Source: Eledone cirrhosa
Taxonomy: Eukaryota
NCBI GenBank assembly: GCA_964016885.1
Contig: OZ024761.1
Coordinates: 21,018,001-21,082,000, forward strand
Length of the DNA stretch: 64,000 nucleotides
Direction of reading: 5' to 3'
This document shows, piece by piece, positions 42,050 to 56,744 of the stretch. The position numbers and the translations under genes were made by a program. Within the stretch, counting starts at the first letter, position 1. The number at the start of each line of letters is the position of its first letter. The notes under the pieces are model-generated. The model had not been told where the DNA came from. It made no database searches and saw only the letters and a program-made list of their open reading frames with translations.

Positions 42050-42402
42050 CAAAATACACCCCGTCCCGCCACCACCCCCACCCCATCCACACCACCCCGT
42101 TCTATGTAAAGTTATGTTGGTGCCACGCCATCCAGGCCGAAACAAATGAGATCGTGTAGGTGTCACGACAAAAAAACACACAGTCCACGCTGTAATGTGG
42201 CCGTGTAGGCAACACGGTAAAAACCTCCCAGACCCACACTGTAAATGTGGTTGGTGTTAGGAAGGGCATCCAACTGTAGAAAACCTGCCAGACAGTCCTA
42301 TGCGAGCAAGACAATCACTCTTGCCTCAAGTGGGACTACCCCCGTCCAAACCCATGCAAACGTGGAACACGGACGTTAAACGTTGATGATGATGATGATG
42401 AT
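41471..42402 (+). mobile_element. 5'-truncated RTE LINE including 3' UTR and (GAT)n tail
   Basis: The ORF runs into GTTAGGAAGGGCATCCA..AACCCATGC..GGACGTTAAAC(GAT)n. Confidence 0.8.
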
Positions 42403-42448
42403 GTATGTATGTGTGTATAGATGTATATATATATATATATAGATGTAT

Positions 42449-42528
<80 letters not shown>

Positions 42529-42615
42529 ATATATGTATATATATATATATATATATATAGATGTATATATATGTATGTATATATATGTATATATATATAT
42601 ATATATATATAGATG

Positions 42616-42692
<77 letters not shown>

Positions 42693-42693
42693 G

Positions 42694-42744
<51 letters not shown>

Positions 42745-43121
42745 GTATATATGTATGTATGTATATATATATGTATGTATGTATGTATATATATATGTAT
42801 GTATGTATGTATATATATATGTATGTATGTATGTATATATATATGTATGTATATATGTATGTATGTATATATGTATGTATATATATATGTATATATATAT
42901 GTATATATATGTATGTATATATATATGTATATATATATGTATATATATGTATGTATATATATATATGTATATATATATATGTATATATATATATGTATAT
43001 ATATATATGTATATATATATATGTATATATATATATGTATATATATATGTATATATATATATATGTATATATATATATGTATATATATATATGTATATAT
43101 ATATATGTATATATATATATG

Positions 43122-43152
<31 letters not shown>

Positions 43153-43233
43153 GTATGTATATGTGTATATGTATATATATATATATGTATGTATATATAT
43201 ATGTGTATGTATATGTATGTATATATATATATG

Positions 43234-43264
<31 letters not shown>

Positions 43265-43317
43265 GTATGTATATATATATATGTATATATATGTATGTAT
43301 ATATATATATGTATATG

Positions 43318-43330
<13 letters not shown>

Positions 43331-43348
<18 letters not shown>

Positions 43349-43830
43349 GTATGGACATCCTGCAGGACTAAAAACAAAACCTGTCAAAGGGCAAAGGAGC
43401 TCTTAACAGTCAATGGCCATCCAAAATCACTGGGAGAGATGACCCCTTAGCCTTTGTCAAGGCAGAATTCTAGGAGAAGGAAAACTCTGATATAACACCT
43501 GCAACCCTGATGGTATCCAATGATGTTGACTTGTTCTTCTTTTTGGTAAATATCATCTTGGTTAAGAGAGTGGGACTGGCTTTGTGCAGTGCCTTTGCCC
43601 ACTATAAAAGCTTCACGGCACATATCTGGAGATCTCTCTGCACTTGTCGTCACATGGTACCAAAGGCAAAGCACTATGTGTCAATGATTGTCACAAGTGT
43701 AGTGTTTGTACCAGAGTTTTCAAGTCGCTGGCTGGACTAAAAAGTCACACTCGTTCAGCGCATCAGTAGGGGTTCTCCTACATGGATATAAAGTAGTGGC
43801 CGTACTCGAAAACGAGTTGGCAGCCACCAT
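43331..43830 (+). mobile_element. Non-autonomous RTE-derived element (5'-UTR-like part plus C2H2-encoding 3' end)
   Basis: GGAGAAGGAAAACTCTGA motif; [23 protein letters not shown] at 43698-43769; second copy at 60115-60521. Confidence 0.72.
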
Positions 43831-43850
43831 ATATATATGTATGTATATAT

Positions 43851-43884
<34 letters not shown>

Positions 43885-44201
43885 GTATGTATGTATATAT
43901 ATATATGTATGTATGTATGTATATATATATGTATGTATGTATGTATGTATATATATATGTATGTATGTATGTATATATATGTATGTATGTATATATATAT
44001 ATGTATGTATATATATATGTATATATATATATATGTATATACATACATGCATATATATATAGATATATAGATATATATAGACAAGTAAGTATGTTTTGAA
44101 ACAGCGAGCAAGTTTGAAATTAGAAAATAGAAACTTTCACTGTATTTTTTTTTGACTAAAGAAATTCAAGCCTGATAGTGGGATTTAGAACCCTCAGAGA
44201 A

Positions 44202-44245
44202 ATGGAAAAAGATGAGTATTGACGTAGGTCAATACTCATCTTTTT

Positions 44246-44249
<4 letters not shown>
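44202..44249. repeat. Perfect 22-bp hairpin abutting (TA)n
   Basis: ATGGAAAAAGATGAGTATTGAC-gtag-GTCAATACTCATCTTTTTCCAT. Confidence 0.9.
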
Positions 44250-44284
<35 letters not shown>

Positions 44285-44464
44285 AGGAATTTGTAGTTTA
44301 CTTGAAGCATTGTGTATGATATAAAATTTGAAGTTTGAAAGCCACAACGATGTGAAATGGTCGAATAAGGAATGAAACAAGATGTGTGTTTTTTACCTTA
44401 ATTTATTTATATGTTCTGATATTCCGAGATTAAAACCTCTTCTGCAAGGAAAATAAAAGGGACT

Positions 44465-44675
44465 ATCATCATCATCATCATCACCGTTTTACGTCCGTTC
44501 TTCCATGCTAGCATGGGTTAGACGGGTTGCCCTGTTGTGGGCAGTGTCCGGTCAGCTGACCATGCCTTGCCCATACAGGAACTGATTCTGGCTTGATTTC
44601 TACAGCTGGATGCCCTTCCTAACACCAACCTCATTTACAGTGTGGGCTGGGTGCTTTTTTGCCGTGGCACCTCCA
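44465..44675 (-). mobile_element. RTE-3'-end retroposon
   Basis: Homologous to ~42200-42400. Confidence 0.8.
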
Positions 44676-45498
44676 TACCACGTATATTACTATTACTATT
44701 ACACTATATATATAAAATAATGGGCTTCTTCAGTTTCCTTATCTAACAAAATTTTGCATTCTTCTCAGTATTAATAACATTTCTTCTATATTTCCAGATA
44801 AAAGCAGTCTTTCTCAGGATTCGATCCTTAGTGAAGTGCCAGACCAAAGAGTGGGTACCATTTACTATACATTCATGTTGTTGTTGTTGTAGCACCATTG
44901 TCACTGCCATTACTGATACCATTCCACCAATACTACCATCACCATTTCAACCAACAGCATCGCCACCCTCACCACCACAACAACCATCACCACTATCATC
45001 ATCATCATCATCATCACTAACACCACCACCACAACAAGGCCTGTAGTTTTTAAAGGTAAGGAGGGAAAAGTCAATTAAATCAACCTCCAGTACTTTATTC
45101 CATTGGTACTCTATTTTCCATCTATAATAATATAACCAGAAGACAGTAGATCAGTTGTCAGGTTTCTCCTCTGCAACAATTTCCTAACAGCTTCCAGCTA
45201 TTACAGTTACTTTGCAGAGTCATTCGAGCTACTTCCATAGATTACCTCATGGAAGGAAAGCTACATTGAGAAACTACATTGCTACATGTTTAATGGTTTA
45301 ATGTCCAACCATACCATATGCCTTACATCACCACATGTTTATAGTCTAACCTTACCGTGTATGTATATATATCAGGAGCGAAGGGTCCGTGCATGCAACG
45401 CATGCAGTGCATGTGTTATAGAATCTTGAGTTGATCAATTGCGTCAGTTGAAGCAAAGCAGAATTTTGGCTGCTTGCTAAAACGTATAGACACAAAAA

Positions 45499-45529
<31 letters not shown>

Positions 45530-45782
45530 TACACACAAACACACACACACACACACAAACATACGACAGCTTTGGGGCAAGCAGAATTTTGACTGATTAC
45601 AAAATCGTAGACACATAAAAAGATAACACACACACACACACACACTAGATAACACTACATGCGGCTTTGACCAGGAGGGTCATTTAGAGGGAATGGGAGG
45701 GGGAGGGGGTAAGGCTGCACAGCCCCACTTTCCGCCATGGCGATTGGATTGTATTCCCTGCTTTCCAGGTTACCCTTTGCCA

Positions 45783-45843
<61 letters not shown>

Positions 45844-45915
45844 GTATATATATGTTGTTTTGAATAAATAGATGAAATATGTTCATATAAACTCATATAT
45901 ATGATGACATCCTGG

Positions 45916-45992
<77 letters not shown>

Positions 45993-46089
45993 GTGTGTAA
46001 AAGGAAAACAGAAATAACCACACAATCAGTACAGTATATAGAAGTGATATATTAGGTTAATGCTTGATATAGCAGGAAGAGGGTCTAGC

Positions 46090-46205
46090 AAAATTTAATA
46101 TAGAAATGGCTTCTACAGGACTAGAACTGTTTCATTCGAAGGAAATCATATTAATGTTTTGAGTACCTTACTTTCATGGTTACCCCCGATGGAACCTGGG
46201 ACTCA
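46090..46205. mobile_element. Family H1 copy: inverted partial hammerhead joined to the tail
   Basis: ttctacaggactagaactgtttcattcgaaggaaatcat + ttgagtaccttac..ggttacccccgatggaacctggg. Confidence 0.75.
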
Positions 46206-47074
46206 CACATATATATATATATATATACACACACACATATATATATATATATATACACACACATATATATATATAATTATATAAGATGGCTATATATATA
46301 TATATCACAGCTAATATTCTCAGAATCCATGGCTCCTATTTTACTAAGTATACACCAGTAAAAGTGTGGAGTGTCTTATCCACTCAACTATACACCTACA
46401 CCATCTTTATTTCTCTCTAATCTTGTCTTTAGCACACACTGTCTCCGATAACGAGAATTTATGAGACAGGATGCATGTTATTTATTTTTGCTGTTTGTTC
46501 CCTGTTTTTCTTTTTGCAGCTTTTTTTTGTTGCTGTTTTTTTTCTGTTTTTTATTTTTTTTGTTTATTTTTTTTTTTTTTGCTGTAGGGTTTTTTCTGTT
46601 TTTTCTTCGGTTTTTCTTTTTGCTGATTTTCTCTCTTCTGTTTCCTTTTTTCTGTTTTTTTTCCTTTCTGTTTGTTTGTTTTCTGTTTTTCTTTTTGCTC
46701 TTTTTTTTTCCTGTTTTTCTTCATTCCCATTGTTTTATATTTCTACCTATTTCATAAATCTTCGGCAGCAGTTTTTATGGTGACAAGTCCTTCTGTTTGT
46801 GGCAATCACTTTGATGTTGTTCACTGAACAGAACCTATATATATATACACATATATATATACACATATATATATATACATATATATATAGATAAATATTT
46901 ATGTCAGTCCCAGGCTCAGTCAGGAATAACCACAGTTAGTAAAGTACTCAATACATTGTTCTTAAAAATTCCTCGGCCAATGACCTCCACCCATGACCAA
47001 TGTGCTACCAATGGAATCCTTAACCTGCCGAAGCTTACATAATATACAGATGTCAACTGCTGCTCTTCATTGTG

Positions 47075-47520
47075 GTGTATTGGTAGAGGGTCGGACACCA
47101 TGTTAGGGTGGTGGATTGGCAGTATTGGTAGAGGCTCGGACACCATGTTAGGATGGTGGATTGGCAGTATCGGTAGAGGGTCGGACACCATGTTAGGGTG
47201 GTGTATTGACAGTATCAGTAGAGGGTCGGACACGAGGTTAGGGTGGTGTATTGACAGCATCGGTAGAGAGTCGGACACCATGTTAGGGCGGTAGATTGAC
47301 AGTATCGGTAGAGGGTCGGACACCATGTTAGGGCGGTAGATTGACAGTATCGGTAGAGGGTCGGACGCCATGCTTTGCAGCATAGAGTTACGGCCCTTGC
47401 CATTTTGAGTTCAAATCCCACCGAGGTTAACTTTGCCTTTCATCCTTATGGAGTCGATAAACTAAGGTACCAGTAATACACTGGAACAATTGCTGGCCTT
47501 GTGCCAAAAGTAGAAACAAT
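47075..47520 (+). mobile_element. SINE A with a 45-bp head segment tandemly amplified (~6-7 units)
   Basis: CAGTATCGGTAGAGGGTCGGACACCATGTTAGGGTGGTGGATTGR units leading into the normal SINE body. Confidence 0.85.
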
Positions 47521-48244
47521 TATATATATATATGTTCATCATCATCACCTCTAAATATAGAGTAATATAAATTTTAAAGGATTAAGGCTCTAAACATTTT
47601 TACTATCCCCTTATAACAACCCACCTGGTCCAGGAATGAAAGCCACAACATTATGATTGTAAGTCCAACACCCTAACCACTAAACCCTATACCTTCCCAC
47701 ACCAACACACACACAGAGACAGTACCCTTACCCCTTCCTTGTTAAAAAAACACCATTTGTCCACCATATTCCCTCAAGTAGTCATCGTTTATGGCTCTCA
47801 TCACTTTTTTCTCCTCATCTCAGAATAACGAGCCTTCCATTTCTCACCACAATTGTATCTCTTTTACTTCCTTTTTAGTTATTTTACTTACCTGAATATC
47901 AAATATGTGTATAGGGAGAGTATTGTTTATTCATGAAGCATATAAAAACTATTATCATCATCGTCATCGTCATCACCATCATCATCACCATCACCATCAT
48001 CATCATCATCTTTATCATCATAGTCACCATCATCATCATCATCATCATCGTTATCATTTAAGCAGTGGCCTGATGAGCCTTCGGCTTAGAAGGGACTTTA
48101 ATGCCAACACTACCAACTTACAGAGTGGACTTGGCGCTTTTTGTTGTGGCACCAGCACTACCAACTTACAGAGTGGACTTGGTGCTTGCTTTTTTTGCTG
48201 CGGCACCAACACTGCAGATGAGCAAGCGATGTGTGATTGAGGTG

Positions 48245-48492
48245 GCAAAATAAAGTACCAGTAATGCACTGGGGTAATTGCAGGCCTTGTGCTCCAAAGT
48301 AGAAACAATTATTTGGCAGTATTGCTAGAGGGTCGGACGCCATGCTTTCCAGCACAGTTACGTCCCTTTACGATCTGAGTTCAAATCCCGCCGAGGTTGA
48401 CTTTGCCTTTCATCCTTACGGGGGTCGATAAAATAAAGTACCAGTAATGCACTGGGGTAATTGCTGGCCTTGTGCCTAACGTAGAAACAATT
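48245..48492 (+). mobile_element. SINE A 3' fragment followed by a full copy
   Basis: Diagnostic sequence. Confidence 0.85.
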
Positions 48493-48768
48493 ATTTATTT
48501 CTATCTATCTTCTGCTATCTGCCCGGGGCCTGGTACGTGTTTGTCGTGCTTCCATCAGTGACAAGATGTGTTCTACTTGTGCACTGACAATAGAATTGGC
48601 TGCTGGTATTGAAAGGTCAACCAGGTGGAACGTACAGCTTCACATCTTCACTTGGACGAACTTACATCTACATCTAAAGAGGCAGCAGCAACAACAACAC
48701 ATGACTGTTGTTTTATATATATAGATATATATATATATATGTATGTATGTATGTATATATATATATAC

Positions 48769-48811
<43 letters not shown>

Positions 48812-48816
48812 TATAC

Positions 48817-48858
<42 letters not shown>

Positions 48859-48864
48859 ATATAC

Positions 48865-48897
<33 letters not shown>

Positions 48898-48936
48898 TGT
48901 GTGTATGTATATTTGTGTTATAACTATATATATATG

Positions 48937-48975
<39 letters not shown>

Positions 48976-48993
48976 GTGTATGTATACAGGTGT

Positions 48994-49066
<73 letters not shown>

Positions 49067-49306
49067 TGTATGCATATATATATATACATGTGTATATATA
49101 TGTATATATTTACATGTGTATATATATGTATATATATATATATGTATATATATGCATATATATATATATATATACATGTGTATATATATGTATATATATA
49201 TATATGTATATATATACATATGTATGCATATATATATATATATACATGTGTATATATATGTATATATTTACATGTGTATATATATATATATGTATATATA
49301 TATATG

Positions 49307-49405
<99 letters not shown>

Positions 49406-49588
49406 GTATGTATATATATATATATATATGTGTATGTATATATATATGTATGTATATATATATATATATATGTGTATGTATATATATATGTATATATATA
49501 TATATGTGTATGTATATATATATATGTATATATATATATATGTGTATGTATATATATATGTATATATATATATATGTGTATGTATATA

Positions 49589-49648
<60 letters not shown>

Positions 49649-49918
49649 CATACACACAAACATTAGTTCTCTTTTTAGTCTTTTCCATTTTTGGGGGGAC
49701 ATTTTGTTTTTTTTCTTTTTGTTCTTCCCTTTCCCAGAACAACAGATGTAGCTTTAGTCTCCAAGACTTAATGGTAAAACTGGTGCTGTGTAAATGAGTG
49801 CAACTTGGTACTACTAGACATTGCAAATGTCAGAGGCAGGAGGTGGTGGGCAGGCTTTCTCCATTAGACATATTGCAACCATATATATATATATATATAT
49901 ATATATATCTATATATAT

Positions 49919-49996
<78 letters not shown>

Positions 49997-50162
49997 ATAT
50001 CCTTGTCCCAATAACTTTTTTTAGTTATTGCTCGCACCAACCTGAGGTATCTGATTTTTAATGCGATGAAATACCAATGATGGTTGGAAAATCACTGACG
50101 AAGGACTATTTTTATCATATGTAACCCATGTGCAAACCACGCAGTATTCTTCTTTCTTCTCA

Positions 50163-50236
<74 letters not shown>

Positions 50237-50275
50237 ATTAAATAAATGGAAAACTATATTTATAAAACCATATTT

Positions 50276-50339
50276 ATTTCATTATATATATTTCGGGGAT
50301 ATCATATTAACAATATGCTATGCCTTCATCAGACAAAAT
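50276..50339 (-). ncRNA. Type I hammerhead ribozyme, AUA site
   Basis: ATTTTGT-CTGATGA-aggcatag-CATATT-gtt-AATATG-atatcccc-GAAA-T-ATAT-A-TA-ATGAAAT; tail motif at 50428-50450 on the opposite strand. Confidence 0.75.
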
Positions 50340-50507
50340 ACAATATAAACAGTTTTATAGATAAATATATTCGACATACCGTAATAAACATCAACTTCAT
50401 TTGAAGAGGTTCACTCTATTGTAAATATACTCCAAGTATTTGTCGAGTGCTTTTATATCAGTTATAAATATTTACTAGTTGTAACCCAACAATTTTAAAT
50501 ATAACTT

Positions 50508-50546
<39 letters not shown>

Positions 50547-51269
50547 GATGTCAATTAATGCCTGAATATATATCATCACCGATTAATATCCTCCCAGCAT
50601 GGGTTAGACGATTAAATATATATATATATCCGTCCCACCCTTGCAAGCAGGGAAAAGCGGACGTAAAATGATGATGATGATGATATAAATATATAGAAAT
50701 ATTTATAATCTGCTATGTATTGAGTACCTTACTTACTGCGGTTCCCTCCGGTTGAACCCGGGATTCAGACACACACACACACATACATACACACACACAC
50801 ATACATACACACACATATATATATATATATATACATATATCATTTTTCATTTTTCATTTCATTTTACGTCCGCTTTTCCCTGTTTACAAGGGTGGGACGG
50901 GAACTGATTCTGGCTTGATTTCTACAGCTGGATGCCCTTCCTAACACCAACCTCATTTACAGTGAGTGCTGGGTGCTTTTTTGCCGTGGCACCTCCACGA
51001 CCACTTTACAGTGGAATGATAGGGACCCCAGTCCTATCATCTCATTTCTACAGCTGAGTAAACTGGAGCAATGTGAAATAAAGTGTCTTGCTCAAGAGAA
51101 TTGAACTCACAACCTTTCGATTGCCAGGCCAATGCTCTAACCACTAAGCCATGTGCCTCCATGTATATATATACCTCCATATATATATATACGTTTCATC
51201 ATCATATACATATAACAAAATTTAATATAGAATTGGCTTCTACAGAACTAGAACTGTTTCATTCGAAGG

Positions 51270-51475
51270 TGTTCCTCTACTGCATCTTCCTTCCGCCAGG
51301 ATTATCTGGCACATCTTCACCCACCAGTCACCCTCTGTACTCATCCCATGTCCATCGCAGTCTTCTCTCCTCCACACTACACTTTATTCCTCTTATACAC
51401 AGTTTCTCACTCAAGTCATCCATGTTTATAAGTATATATAGTCACGAAGTCACTGATCCATCAGACCATCTATAG
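51270..51475 (-). pseudogene. Decayed RTE LINE fragment
   Basis: DDLSEKLCIRGIKCSVEERRLRW, homologous to ELRKKLEIRGIRCCLLERRLRW at 41.76-41.83 kb. Confidence 0.7.
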
Positions 51476-51622
51476 AAACTAGAAACAGGGGTGACATAAC
51501 CACTATCTGCTAATCAATATATTGATTTACCATAATCAATCAACCCTCTGAAACGATCTTAAAACAATCAAGTAATTAAGAACTTATTTTTGATTTGGTT
51601 ACATTTTCATTGTTCGATGTAG

Positions 51623-51657
<35 letters not shown>

Positions 51658-51668
51658 GTCACACACCA

Positions 51669-51712
<44 letters not shown>

Positions 51713-51720
51713 ACACACCA

Positions 51721-51786
<66 letters not shown>

Positions 51787-51794
51787 ACACACCA

Positions 51795-51842
<48 letters not shown>

Positions 51843-51844
51843 CA

Positions 51845-51890
<46 letters not shown>

Positions 51891-51927
51891 CAACACATAT
51901 ATATGTATATATAGATAGATGTCTATG

Positions 51928-51958
<31 letters not shown>

Positions 51959-52269
51959 GCCTGTGTGTACGTGTGTATGTGTTGGTGTGTGTGACTATGT
52001 ATGTATAGAGAGAGAACCCATGTAAGCATGGAAAATAGATGTGAAACAATGGTGATAATGATATATATATATACAGGTACATTACAACAGTTTAATGGCA
52101 AATTATCTATAAATCAAAAATAATTTTGCAGAAAATTGCTTTAAAGTGATTTTCCGATCTGCACAGATTGGTAAATTCCGAGGCCAGAATCTCTCTTGGT
52201 AGTTGATAACATTCTATTTGTGGATTGATTTGGCTGATCTCATTTTACTATTATTACTGTGAGTATATA

Positions 52270-52480
52270 TAATAATAATAATGAAATTATTGTGTACAGT
52301 GCTCAGGTGCACTACAACTCATCAAAGGTGCATGTATAGTACATAGAATAATGTACAAATGTCAGGAAAATGAACAGTGTATGAGTCATGATATAATAAT
52401 AATAACAATAATGAAATATTGTGTACAGTGCCCAGGTGCACCACAACTCATCAAAAAAAAGGTGCATGTACAGTGCATAG
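52270..52480 (-). mobile_element. Two tandem copies of a short retroposon-like 3' end
   Basis: AATGAAATTATTGTGTACAGTGCTCAGGTGCAC repeated, each next to (AAT)n. Confidence 0.45.
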
Positions 52481-53032
52481 GGCATATATATATATATATT
52501 ATGATGATGATGATGATGATATATATAAATTAATAAAAACAAAGAACAAGTTCCTTATATTAAAAAATTCATCATTTTACGATCGTTTCTAGGATATATA
52601 TGTGTGTTGGTGTGTATATCATATAGATCTATGCTGTCTATATATATATATACCTTCACATATATATGCTGTCTACATATATACATACCTTTACATATAT
52701 ATCCTGTCTACACATATATACATACCTTCACATATATATGCTGTCTTCAGAAATGATGAGATTTGTTTATTGAAAAAAAACAACAAAGATTTAATATATA
52801 TATATATATATATTTAATATATATATATATTTAATATATATATATATATATTTAATATATATATATATATTAAATATATATATCTAACCCATGCTAGCAT
52901 GGAAAGTGGCCGTTAAATGAGGATGATAATGATGATATATATATATATATATATATATATAGATGTTTGTGTGTGTATGTATATATACTGTGCCGTTTGT
53001 TTTGTTATTTCTGTTTACCTTTTACATATATG

Positions 53033-53520
<488 letters not shown>

Positions 53521-53598
53521 GTGTGTATAGAAAGAGAGAATGAAAGTGAGCGATGACAGGCACAAACAGAAACACACCACACACACATACATATATAC

Positions 53599-53666
<68 letters not shown>

Positions 53667-53669
53667 GTG

Positions 53670-53744
<75 letters not shown>

Positions 53745-54340
53745 GTTTATACACATACACATATCTAAAGAAATACGCCCACACACACACACACATATAT
53801 GTATATATACACACATATACATACACACACACTTATGTATATACATATATATATATATACATACATATATATACATATATGCATACATACACATATACAT
53901 ACACATATATATATATACACACATATATATTCATACATATATGCATACATACACATATACATATAAATGTATATAGATATATATATATATAGTGACGAAA
54001 CATAAGTCCATTGCATGAACTCATAATCCTTTATTTATTTATTTACTGCTATATATATATATATACACACACACATATATATATACACACACATGTATAT
54101 ATATACACACACACACATATATATACACACACACATATATATATACGCACACATGTATATATATAGACACACACACATATATATACACACACACATATAT
54201 ATATACACGCACACATGTATATATATACACACACACACATATATATACACACACACATATATATATACACACACACATATATATATACACACACACATAT
54301 ATATATACACACACACACATATATATATACACACACACAC

Positions 54341-54371
<31 letters not shown>

Positions 54372-54444
54372 CACACACACATATATATACACACACACAC
54401 ATATATATATATACATACATATATACACACACACATATATATAT

Positions 54445-54485
<41 letters not shown>

Positions 54486-54879
54486 CATATATACACACAC
54501 ATATATATATATACACACACATATATATATATACACACACACACATATATATATACATACACATATACATACATATATACATACATATATACACATATAT
54601 ACATATATAATGTAGTATGTCTAATTACCAAGAAATGACTATTTAACCCCAAAGCTGTTATTAAGTCAATTTTCTAATTGGTCGGAGCCATTAGTAGTTT
54701 ACTGTTGACTCTGTTGTATCTCAGCCTCTCTCCATTTAGTTCCTTCACCAATTCTACTGCGTCTCCCCATTACTGCAAACTCCCACACTCTTCTATATTT
54801 TCACATCAGTTTTACTGCTTCTCTCCATTACTGGAAACTTCCACCCACACTGGAATAATATCATTCTATTGCTGGAAAC

Positions 54880-55420
54880 TTCCTCTTCTTCTGCTTCTCC
54901 TTCTACTTCTTCTTCGTCACCCACTTATTCCTGAGAGAGTCGTGGGGGTCGAGTCCTCAAACAGTCCCACCAGTAGTTCCTGTCAGAAGCAACCGTCTCC
55001 AACTGATCTGGCTGGATCCCCAAACAAGACCAGCCAAGCTCATGGATGTTACCAAACTATCTTGCTCGAGGTCTACTCCTGGGTCTCTTGCCAATTGGTT
55101 TTGCCTGTAAAATCTGTCCAGCAATTCTTTCCTGGGACATTCTAACCACATCTCCATAGTATCAGAGCTGTGATCTCTCAATTCAGAGAAGTAGTGGCTC
55201 TACCTGGAGCGACTCTGATCTCCGAGCTACAAATCTGTCTAGTGATCCTTTCCTGGGACATTCTAACCACATGTCTGTAGTATCAGAGCTGTGATTTCTC
55301 AATTCAGAGATTCTTTCCTGAGACATTCTAACCACATGTCTGTAGTATCAGAGCTGTGATCTCTCAATTTAGAGAAGTAGTGGCTCTACCTGGAGTGACT
55401 CTCTGATCTCCAAGCTATGT
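54880..55420 (-). pseudogene. Expander/Rex3-like RTE LINE 3' remnant with internal tandem duplications
   Basis: LQVEPLLL*IERSQL*YYG.VVRMSQE..ILQAKPIGKRPRSRPRAR*..LGWSCLGI..VASDRNYW; (GAA)n-like tail. Confidence 0.78.
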
Positions 55421-56042
55421 ACTTTATCAAGTAACGTTTGTCCAAAGACCATTCGGAGGAATCCCACCCACACTGGGACAACAATACAGTGGGACCTCAG
55501 TTCACAAACACCTCATATCGCAAACAATTGTTCCAAACATAAAATGTCTCGGTTGATCAACAGTGTCTCAAGGAACAAACACACAAGCTGGCAAGAATGG
55601 TTGGCAACAAGCTGGGAGTATCGGTGGGAAAGGGTGTCATTTACTGTGAAGTTAGTTACTATGGTGATATCTATTTGTCTTTCACACACAGTCTCTCTCT
55701 CTCATAATTGATTGAGCATTTTTCCTTTTTCACATCCATGGATATTTTACTACATATGCATGTATATATATATGTGCATATATATAATATATATACACAA
55801 ACATATATATATGGTAATTCTAACCTGTTGATTTGTACTTCATTATATATATATATATATGTGTGTGTGTGTATATATATATGTATATATACACACATGC
55901 ATGCATACATATATATATATATATGTGTGTGTGTGTATGTATGTATATATACACACATGCATGCATGCATGCATGCATACATATATATGTATGTGTGTGT
56001 ATGTATATATATGTATATATACACACATGCATACATACATAC

Positions 56043-56081
<39 letters not shown>

Positions 56082-56084
56082 TGC

Positions 56085-56173
<89 letters not shown>

Positions 56174-56182
56174 TATATATAT

Positions 56183-56246
<64 letters not shown>

Positions 56247-56547
56247 TATATTGGAGAAGAACCATTTTGTAGCTGTCAGCGTAAGAGATGTATTTTTATT
56301 TTTGTTTTTACTTGATTCCATTGTTTTTTTATTTTATTTTGTTTTTGTTGTATTTTTGTTTTTACCATTTCCTCCATTTCTAGCAATCTATGTGACAGCA
56401 TCTTGTGATATTGTCGAGGACGTTGTACAACTGTGGTATCACACCAACTCCTTGGTAACGGCAGGTCATACATCAACTGGAGAACTATAATGATACTAAT
56501 AATATTAATAAGGATGATAATAACGGCAACAGCAATGGCAGCTATAT

Positions 56548-56580
<33 letters not shown>

Positions 56581-56744
56581 CAGTAGTAGTAGTAGTGGTG
56601 GTGGTGGTGGTGGTTTCCGAAATAGGCACAAGGCCAGCAAATTTCGAGGGAGGGGAAAGTTGATTAAATCGAACCAGTGTATTACTGGTACTTTAATTTA
56701 GCAACCCCATAAGGATGAAAGGCAAATGATAATGTTAATAACAA

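Noticed and set aside
53992-54050. GAAAC-ATAA-GTC half hammerhead next to (TA)n
   Set aside because: CUGANGA half is missing; could be a truncated copy but unsupported
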